IMG/VR virus record: IMGVR_UViG_3300045988_082792
Location: 1-13,069 of that record
DNA: 13,069 nucleotides
Strand: one strand, 5' to 3'
From: a virus
Both the position numbers and the translations under genes were made by a program. This document shows positions 7,625-13,069 of this stretch, in pieces. Below the pieces are notes generated by a model, which ran no database searches, was not told the origin of the DNA, and was given only the letters and a program-made list of their open reading frames with translations. How positions within the stretch are numbered: the stretch's first letter is position 1; each line of letters opens with the position of its first letter.

Positions 7625-7715
7625 CTGCCGGAAGTTAATTAAATAGGTCAACGCTTCCGGGTAATCATCCCACGGCATCCGCTTCCGGCGGTCGATGTAG
7701 CCACGTTGACCTAAT
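7625..7715 (-). other. GC-rich structured intergenic element (candidate ncRNA or regulatory RNA)
   Basis: This is the only sizeable non-coding gap (7611-7727) inside the long operon. TAGGTCAACG (7644-7653) and CGTTGACCTA (7704-7713) form a perfect 10-bp inverted repeat. CGCTTCCGG is directly repeated at 7652-7660 and 7680-7688. GCCGGAAG (7627-7634) is the inverse complement of 7682-7689. By hand count, 7651-7710 is about 60% G+C in an AT-rich genome. Confidence 0.5.
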
Positions 7716-7727
7716 TAAAATATAAGT

Positions 7728-8777
7728 TTATTTGAATAATTTGTCAATATAAAATTTTACTGAAATATTCTGATAACTTATCCTATTTGTCAGACGATAG
7801 CTATCAATCCAACTATAAAAGCATCTGAATTGGTCTTTTCCATGTTGGTTGTCTTCAAATACATCTTTACAAGACCCAGAGATATGATCCGACACATACA
7901 AATGAGCTTTTGATTTGTGCTCATAAATTGCTACTTTTCCAATCACACAAATAAGCTTGTATTGGCGTATATCCTCTGATCTGATAGCTGACACATCATC
8001 ATATGCAAACTCATTTGAAAGTGCCATCTTTGCAAAGTCCGTATCACCCGATAAAGCACGATACAATGCAGTGTCTTTCTTTTTTTCAGAAATCGGGGAA
8101 TCATTGATTAAAACTAAAATGATTCCTCGTTCTTTCAGCAAGGAAAATTCCTGCTTATTCTTTTTCATTCTCTCCAGGATTGGAAGCAAACCAAAAGCTT
8201 GTACAATCGGATTATCCAGTGTATTGGAATTGGAAGCAAGCCACCAGCGGAAGGGCTTCTTTCCTTGCAATTCCCTGTTTGCTGAAATCGTTTCTACAGC
8301 ATTCAAAAAAGCATCATCTTCCCCACTGATTGCTTTTGCAATCTTCTCCGGTATAAACTCATCATAAATACCCTCAGAAAAATCAGATCCGGAGAAACCA
8401 CGGTTGTTATGCATCGAGGTGAGACAAAAAGCCTCACCTCTGTATACTTCCTCTTCCTCAACCTGTTCTACAATCTTGATGCGCCCATACTCACCTCTGG
8501 GTTTTTCAAAATGAAAAAATTTATTCATATCTTTGTTAATGTCCAGCCACGGGTCAAACTCCGGAAGAAACACTTTTGCCAGCTGCTCTTTTGTCCGGCG
8601 CATGTAAATGATTTTTTCATTTTTTGAAAAAACATCATTGATAAAGTGCTGGAAGATCCCGTATGTTTTACCGGTTCGTCTTGCTCCAATGATAAAGATA
8701 AAATTAATTTTATTTTTATCGGCAAGCTGGACAATCCTTGGAACGTCCAACCACCCATTTTTATTATAGATATTCAT
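7728..8777 (-). CDS. DNA encapsidation ATPase (phi29 gp16-like), 349 aa
   Basis: INFIFIIGARRTGKTYGIF...EKIIYMRRTKEQLAKV aligns with gp16 ILNFVIGARGIGKSYAM...EQFIYVRRYKPELAKV, which includes Walker A. A Walker B-like GIYDEF matches gp16 IVFDEF. Size is similar to gp16 (332 aa). Confidence 0.9.
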   Translation of the reverse strand: MNIYNKNGWLDVPRIVQLADKNKINFIFIIGARRTGKTYGIFQHFINDVFSKNEKIIYMRRTKEQLAKVFLPEFDPWLDINKDMNKFFHFEKPRGEYGRIKIVEQVEEEEVYRGEAFCLTSMHNNRGFSGSDFSEGIYDEFIPEKIAKAISGEDDAFLNAVETISANRELQGKKPFRWWLASNSNTLDNPIVQAFGLLPILERMKKNKQEFSLLKERGIILVLINDSPISEKKKDTALYRALSGDTDFAKMALSNEFAYDDVSAIRSEDIRQYKLICVIGKVAIYEHKSKAHLYVSDHISGSCKDVFEDNQHGKDQFRCFYSWIDSYRLTNRISYQNISVKFYIDKLFK

Positions 8778-9077
8778 TTACTGAAATCCACCTCCAGAGG
8801 TTGCAGGCTGCGAAGTCTGATTGCATTCCTTATACTTTTTAATGCAAGCATCCTGCAAAAGATTTGACCACTCTTTATCCAGAGAGTAAACGGAATTGTA
8901 ATAGTTTCCATCTTTTCCTTTTTTGCTTGGGGATGACAAAAAAAGTCCATCATTCCCCTCAACCAGTGTAAGTCCTTTAATTACAAGTGTGTCATCAAGT
9001 TTAAGATCAATAAAAGCTTTTGTTTTTGAGTTACCGTTATATGGTTTGCAAGTGATTTTTACATTTGATTTTAACAT
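8778..9077 (-). CDS. spoVG: SpoVG-family nucleic-acid-binding protein, 99 aa
   Basis: AFIDLKLDDTLVIKGLTLVEGNDGLFLSSPSKKGKDGNYY...LLQDACIKKY aligns with B. subtilis SpoVG [40 protein letters not shown]...KIQDAVLTEY as I recall it. SD is AAAGGAG. The stop abuts the ATPase ATG. Confidence 0.75.
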   Translation of the reverse strand: MLKSNVKITCKPYNGNSKTKAFIDLKLDDTLVIKGLTLVEGNDGLFLSSPSKKGKDGNYYNSVYSLDKEWSNLLQDACIKKYKECNQTSQPATSGGGFQ

Positions 9078-9091
9078 GATTTTTTCTCCTT

Positions 9092-9271
9092 TTATTTACA
9101 TAATCTTCTTGTTGGTTCAACCAGTTCCCAATTTGATGGTGCTGTCTCTTTTATAAAAATACAGCAATCATCACTATCAATGAGTGGGCAACCCTCGCAT
9201 GTATTGTCTTTTGACGCACAATAATCTTTTATAGTAAGTAATGCATCATATAATTCATAAATTGCTGTCAT
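9092..9271 (-). CDS. Cys-rich small protein, 59 aa
   Basis: It falls below the ORF-track cutoff. Its ATG overlaps the upstream stop (ATGA), and AAGGAGG lies upstream. Translation is MTAIYELYDALLTIKDYCASKDNTCEGCPLIDSDDCCIFIKETAPSNWELVEPTRRLCK. It has six Cys, including C-x6-C-x2-C-x7-CC. Confidence 0.6.
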   Translation of the reverse strand: MTAIYELYDALLTIKDYCASKDNTCEGCPLIDSDDCCIFIKETAPSNWELVEPTRRLCK

Positions 9272-9408
9272 CTTTGTACCTCCTTTACATCAATTCTAAT
9301 GATATTTCCTACTTTGTATGCTATGATACTGATCTCATCATCCTCATAGCTAACTTTTCTCAGACTGCTTGTTCGCAGTGTTTCATAAATCTCTGACATG
9401 TCAATCAT
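9268..9408 (-). CDS. Hypothetical small protein, 46 aa
   Basis: It falls below the ORF-track cutoff. The ATG is preceded by GGAGGTGAAGAACC. Translation is MIDMSEIYETLRTSSLRKVSYEDDEISIIAYKVGNIIRIDVKEVQR. It is translationally coupled to the next ORF. Confidence 0.55.
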   Translation of the reverse strand: MIDMSEIYETLRTSSLRKVSYEDDEISIIAYKVGNIIRIDVKEVQR

Positions 9409-9422
9409 GGTTCTTCACCTCC

Positions 9423-9536
9423 TTAATCACCTAACAGCATCCAGACTTGACAGCTTGCAAACATGCAAGCAAAAGTGACGCAAGTCCAAAACAATGTACT
9501 CAAATCTTCTTTGTTTTCTTTCCAGAATTTTTTCAT
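9423..9536 (-). CDS. Small membrane peptide, 37 aa
   Basis: It falls below the ORF-track cutoff. The ATG is preceded by AAGGAGGTG. Translation is MKKFWKENKEDLSTLFWTCVTFACMFASCQVWMLLGD, with one hydrophobic helix. It is the first ORF downstream of the polymerase gene. Confidence 0.55.
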   Translation of the reverse strand: MKKFWKENKEDLSTLFWTCVTFACMFASCQVWMLLGD

Positions 9537-9573
9537 AGGTTACACCTCCTTTATACAGTTTAACTTATTTATG

Positions 9574-9601
9574 TTACAAAACTATTACAAATTTATAACA
9601 A
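9574..9601. repeat. Three TTGTAA-type hexamers at 11-bp phasing
   Basis: On the plus strand, TTACAA is at 9574-9579, TTACAA at 9585-9590 and TAACAA at 9596-9601. They lie in the 67-nt gap between the polymerase stop and the next SD. Confidence 0.6.
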
Positions 9602-9603
9602 TT

Positions 9604-11727
9604 CTATTCATATACTGTATCTTCCATTTCAAATGGCAACGGCAATCCTGTTTCTTTATCATACGGAATCGTATGATCCAATTCATACTCTGTATCAGTC
9701 AACCGGATAGCACAGCCATATTCAATCCTGCATCCGTCAATGGTCAGTTCATTGATTCCATCATGAAAAAGATACTCCGTTTTCATTTTCCACTTGGGGT
9801 CCTGCCAATCATTCGCCCTGCGGTAGTTCCTGCGGAATGTAAGATCATTTTTGAAAATAAATCCTTTTCGAAAATTGGAAATATCATCATCAAGACAATA
9901 TATCCCCTCTTTTGGCACTCCAGCGACCGTCAGATGCAAAGATGCATCTTTTTTTAAGCGGTAACAATACCGCTTACTACCCATCGTTATAAACTCACTG
10001 TATATTCCATCAAACTCAGCGATACCCAGACGGAATGTTTTTCCCTTATACTCAACTACTCCGATGTTTCTTTTTTGTGACATTTCAACGATGGACTGAT
10101 TAAATCCATCCAGTTTATCATGATCCCAGTCTGTGCCTTTAACAGAGTCCGTATCAGAGTATAGCCATTTCCGGCAACAAGACCCCAACCGGAAAAGATA
10201 TGCCTGTGCATAGGCTGTGATAAAAACTCCCCACTGGTAGGGCATAAAGCTGTTTTTATTTTTGTAAAACTTTTCAAGTTCTTTCTCTCTGTCCTCTGGC
10301 TCTTTTGCCTCCCACTCTCCGGATTCCATCAACTCAGTACATAAGATTTGAATGATCCGCTGTACTGTCATGCCGTACATTCCATTAAGTTCCCCTTTTG
10401 AGATCATATAGTTTGCTTCATCCAGACCTTTAAGGGTACATTTTTTAAAAAACAATTCCATCAAATAGCCAATGAACCACTCCGGCAAGTAGTCCTTTGT
10501 CGCTCTCATGACCTTTGACACGTCCGCCCATTCATAATCATAACTTGACAGGATGACTTCTAAATCCGGATCAGTAAATGGATATATGACAAGATCTGCA
10601 TTTACAATCTTTCCATTGTCCAAATTATCATGGAACTGTTCTTTTTTGCTTTTTGCTTCCGGGAAAACACAAACTTTTGCTTTTGAAAAAGCAAGAGGTG
10701 GCATAGGGCAGTCTTTTTTCAACCTCAGATTCTTTAATCTTATATAACCGGAAAAAGCATAATCTTCTTTCAAGTCCATAATGTCTTTTAATGTTATACT
10801 ATTTGTATAACAAAAGTTCGTCATAGGAAATTTGCAATAGCACATCCAAGCAATGTATGAGCTTGCAAAATCGTAGCATTCGACAGGTTCTTTTATCAAT
10901 TGATTAACATAGTATCTGTTTGCATGCGTATATCCCCCATGATAGCAGTCAAGCATTTGGTCATACTGTTCAAGTGTTAATGCCATTTGCTCAAATTGCT
11001 TGCGCCATTTCTTGTCTTTTCTTGATCTTCTGCGGGCATTGGTTCGGATAAAACCAGTATTGGTTAGCGGACAGTTCGCCACGTTAAACCCTCTCTGATC
11101 TATGTATTTGCGCAGTGCCTTGCACAAACTTATCGTATCAGTACAGACATATGCTATTTCTTTTGCCGTACGTGGGCTTGCTGGTGTTCGAAACTTCTTA
11201 TAGTCCCATGTTCCGACAGCTTTCTCAGTGGTTCCCATGTCTTTACAAAGCTTTTCTAACGATCGCTGTGTCAAGATAAGACTGTCACGGAACTCAATCC
11301 CCTGCCCTGTCCATTTCATAAAGATGTACTTATGAGTTTTAGCGGCTAATGATTTGTCCGGATTCCCCCATTTTTGGAAAAAATGATTTCTTAAAAATAC
11401 ATAGTCATACGGAAAGTTATGCACATAAAAGCGTACAAGGTGGCTGTCATCAGCATGTAATGTGGTACAGATCTTGTCTATCGTGTCTATCAGATCTGAT
11501 ACATGATTGCCATAGATGCAGCAATCATTCTCTATCGTGATTGTCCAATCAGTAACAAAACCAATGTTTTTGTTGAGATAGACAAAGGTTTCCGTGTCTA
11601 CGGTTATGATTTTTTCATATACTCCAAGATAATGACCTGCGTTGGATCTCCGGATAAAATTACCATCAAATAAGCTCATATAATCATACTTTTTGAAGTA
11701 TACAACCGGATATCCTGCTACTATCAT
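9604..11727 (-). CDS. Family-B DNA polymerase, protein-primed type (phi29 gp2-like), 707 aa
   Basis: Exonuclease motifs: Exo I VDTETF, Exo II HNFPYDYVFL, Exo III YVCTD. Polymerase motifs: motif A YDFASSYIAWM (Dx2SLYP-like), motif B KGELNGMYG (Kx3NSxYG), motif C LYSDTDS, and KxY as SKRYCY. SD is GGGGAGGT. The gene sits next to an ITR and a candidate terminal protein. Confidence 0.92.
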   Translation of the reverse strand: MIVAGYPVVYFKKYDYMSLFDGNFIRRSNAGHYLGVYEKIITVDTETFVYLNKNIGFVTDWTITIENDCCIYGNHVSDLIDTIDKICTTLHADDSHLVRFYVHNFPYDYVFLRNHFFQKWGNPDKSLAAKTHKYIFMKWTGQGIEFRDSLILTQRSLEKLCKDMGTTEKAVGTWDYKKFRTPASPRTAKEIAYVCTDTISLCKALRKYIDQRGFNVANCPLTNTGFIRTNARRRSRKDKKWRKQFEQMALTLEQYDQMLDCYHGGYTHANRYYVNQLIKEPVECYDFASSYIAWMCYCKFPMTNFCYTNSITLKDIMDLKEDYAFSGYIRLKNLRLKKDCPMPPLAFSKAKVCVFPEAKSKKEQFHDNLDNGKIVNADLVIYPFTDPDLEVILSSYDYEWADVSKVMRATKDYLPEWFIGYLMELFFKKCTLKGLDEANYMISKGELNGMYGMTVQRIIQILCTELMESGEWEAKEPEDREKELEKFYKNKNSFMPYQWGVFITAYAQAYLFRLGSCCRKWLYSDTDSVKGTDWDHDKLDGFNQSIVEMSQKRNIGVVEYKGKTFRLGIAEFDGIYSEFITMGSKRYCYRLKKDASLHLTVAGVPKEGIYCLDDDISNFRKGFIFKNDLTFRRNYRRANDWQDPKWKMKTEYLFHDGINELTIDGCRIEYGCAIRLTDTEYELDHTIPYDKETGLPLPFEMEDTVYE

Positions 11728-11743
11728 TACTTTACCTCCCCTG

Positions 11744-12364
11744 CTATGGTCTGTACTTCAAAGCCTCAGACTCACCAGAAAAACCTAGCTCTTTTGCAAT
11801 CGTATCAGCCATATCCGGATCTGTTCTTTCTCTGAATTTCTCCAAATCTTTTATGATCTCAGAAACAGTAGAATCATCCAGTTTGTGACTGATGATTCGC
11901 ATTGTCTGTTTACTATCATAAAATCTTTGCAGCCACTTCCAAACCTCAGATTTGAAAAACAGCTTCATTTCCTCTTTTGACTTAAAATTGATTCCGTATT
12001 CAGTGCTGAGTGTTTTTTGACGTTTATCAATAATTTCTCTCCAACCTTGCACAGTGCTACTTTTTTCTTTCAATACTTTTTGTATGGCTTTGACCTGTGT
12101 TCTAGGTAACCCTTTATACTTTTCATTTTCCAAGTTTTCCGGGATGGTTGACCGTCCGGGAAAAAACCTTACAAGTAAATCTTGATAGTCAGCGTACGCT
12201 CCTCCTACTTCTGAATCAAATCCTTTTGCCTTTAATCTACGCATACGCTGATTAAGACGTTTTGCAAGCTGTCTGCGGAGATGTAAAGCCTCAGCAGTAG
12301 TCAGCATGTTTGGGTTTACGTTAAGTCCCTTTGAAGTGGTCGGGATTTTAGGATTTTTTGGCAT
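11744..12364 (-). CDS. Candidate terminal protein (phi29 gp3 position), 206 aa
   Basis: It lies immediately upstream of the polymerase gene, as in phi29. It has a basic N-terminus (MPKNPKIPTT..., LRRQLAKRLNQRMRRLKAK), comparable to the gp3 N-terminus MARSPRIRIK. Composition is helical and charged. I recognise no sequence motif, so the assignment is positional and compositional. Confidence 0.5.
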   Translation of the reverse strand: MPKNPKIPTTSKGLNVNPNMLTTAEALHLRRQLAKRLNQRMRRLKAKGFDSEVGGAYADYQDLLVRFFPGRSTIPENLENEKYKGLPRTQVKAIQKVLKEKSSTVQGWREIIDKRQKTLSTEYGINFKSKEEMKLFFKSEVWKWLQRFYDSKQTMRIISHKLDDSTVSEIIKDLEKFRERTDPDMADTIAKELGFSGESEALKYRP

Positions 12365-12728
12365 TGTACAAAACCCCCTTCATATACTCATAAATGCTAT
12401 CATAATCCTTGGTCGTTATGCGGAAATCCAATTCCGGTTTTTTAATGATTAAGTAAAGGTTTTCACAAACAATTCTTGCATCGTTAATGGTATCATAGAC
12501 TATAGCAACATAAGATTCATCAGTATCATTACTCTGTATAATTATCTTAGAGGATGATCTGGTATACATAGTTTTCCGTGTTAATCTTTTAATTGTAATA
12601 ATCATTTCCTCATATTCTAATTCAATGATGCTAGCCCTGCTAAGTTCTGGACTTGATTTCATACAAGTTACTACCGGGGCTTTTATTCCGCTATTGGTAT
12701 ATTTGATTTTTGTGTATTTTGAGTTCAT
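12348..12728 (-). CDS. Hypothetical early protein, 126 aa (first unique gene of the right operon)
   Basis: The ATG is preceded by AATAGGAGGA, which is ITR sequence and the same SD as the 92-aa gene at the left end. It overlaps the next gene by 17 nt. I recognise no family. Confidence 0.7.
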   Translation of the reverse strand: MNSKYTKIKYTNSGIKAPVVTCMKSSPELSRASIIELEYEEMIITIKRLTRKTMYTRSSSKIIIQSNDTDESYVAIVYDTINDARIVCENLYLIIKKPELDFRITTKDYDSIYEYMKGVLYNAKKS

Positions 12729-12760
12729 TTAGTGTTCCTCCTATTCAAATCCTTTTTCTT

Positions 12761-12841
12761 TCATTTCGTGTTCAAGATTTTTAATTCTTTCCAAAGTTCT
12801 TTTTCATGTGCTAATTCATATAATCTTGCTTCACTCATCAT
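12761..12841 (-). CDS. ITR-encoded micro-ORF, 26 aa (right copy, identical)
   Basis: Exact mirror of 229-309, with the same SD and the same peptide. It is the first cistron downstream of the right ITR promoter. Confidence 0.45.
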   Translation of the reverse strand: MMSEARLYELAHEKELWKELKILNTK

Positions 12842-12888
12842 TTCACCCTCCTGCCTAGTTGGCTGTGCTGTATTGATTTGTTGAGTTT

Positions 12889-12917
12889 ATTATAGTCCAA
12901 ATGAACTAATATGTCAA
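12889..12917 (-). promoter_or_regulatory. Inward-facing consensus sigma-A-type promoter in the right ITR
   Basis: Mirror copy: TTGACA is the reverse complement of 12912-12917 and TATAAT of 12889-12894. It sits in position to drive the long minus-strand gene array. Confidence 0.8.
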
Positions 12918-13069
12918 CAGGATAAGTGACAGACTTTGTGTGATATTGTCAGACAATTTAATGTTATAGTTGCCTAGCAAGAACCATGCCAGTTTTGCAA
13001 TTATGAACAAAATATGAACAGATTGGGGAAATGTTCACAATTTGTTCACAGGTTTACCTTGCCAAGTTT

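Larger units (their letters stand above)
12736..13069. repeat. Right inverted terminal repeat (ITR), 334 bp
   Basis: Mirror copy of 1-334. The window ends exactly at the repeat boundary, as expected for a complete linear genome. Confidence 0.95.

Noticed and set aside
985-10277. Nested minus-strand ORFs in alternative frames (985-1236, 1444-1677, 2032-2220, 3724-3996, 4759-4974, 8525-8758, 8774-8962, 10056-10277)
   Set aside because: They lie inside or substantially overlap longer genes that carry recognisable family motifs. They have no independent SD or homology signal.
2021-11540. Plus-strand ORFs of 60-164 aa (e.g. 2021-2236, 2703-3053, 4150-4404, 6225-6530, 7957-8367, 9463-9957, 11349-11540)
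   Set aside because: All lie wholly or largely antisense inside well-supported minus-strand genes. They lack SD sequences and translate to low-complexity or Cys/Phe-rich strings. No plus-strand promoter exists beyond the left ITR, and the terminator at 624-657 closes that unit.
12819-12824. Outward-facing TATAAT in the ITR (mirror at 246-251 on the minus strand) as a promoter for a terminus-directed pRNA-like transcript, as in phi29
   Set aside because: The hexamers 17-18 nt upstream (GTTCTT, AGTTCT) bear almost no resemblance to TTGACA, and there is no TGn extension. It lies antisense within the micro-ORF. It is not supported as a promoter from sequence alone.
1-13069. Transposon, casposon, polinton-like element or linear plasmid as an explanation for long TIRs plus a protein-primed polymerase
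   Set aside because: There is no transposase, integrase or Cas1. The interior encodes a full phi29-type capsid, connector, tail and lysis set. The window ends exactly at the repeats, so no target-site duplication or flanking host DNA can be assessed.
1-13069. tRNA genes, CRISPR arrays, lysogeny module, stop-codon reassignment
   Set aside because: No cloverleaf-like or repeat-spacer structure was seen, and no integrase or repressor-like genes. TAA, TAG and TGA are all used as genuine stops at ends of recognisable genes.

Overview
This window appears to be a complete linear replicon, not a fragment. It is 13,069 bp and is bounded by perfect 334-bp inverted terminal repeats: 1-334 is the exact reverse complement of 12736-13069, checked block by block. 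The terminus reads 5'-AAA. It encodes a protein-primed-type family-B DNA polymerase and a phi29-type morphogenesis set: a gp16-like encapsidation ATPase, a gp8-like major capsid protein, a gp10-like connector, a gp9-like tail knob, a positional lower collar, and an appendage protein carrying an SGNH esterase domain. It also has a BhlA-type holin and an NlpC/P60-SH3 endolysin. I read it as a very compact phi29-like podophage (Salasmaviridae / Rountreeviridae / Guelinviridae-type), probably infecting a Firmicute host. All genes but one lie on the minus strand. Each ITR carries an inward-facing exact consensus promoter (TTGACA-17-TATAAT), a 26-codon micro-ORF with a strong SD, and the SD of the first unique gene, so both ends hold an identical early expression cassette. 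A short left operon and the roughly 12-kb right operon converge on a bidirectional terminator at 624-657. Other points worth a second look: (a) a GC-rich, pseudoknot-capable 117-nt intergenic element between the packaging ATPase and the head genes, which could be a packaging-RNA or a regulatory RNA; (b) a SpoVG-family protein in the replication/packaging region; (c) a candidate terminal protein upstream of the polymerase; (d) helically phased repeat arrays near the termini. No tRNA, CRISPR array, integrase or transposase was seen. All homology statements come from my memory of family sequences and motifs, not from searches.
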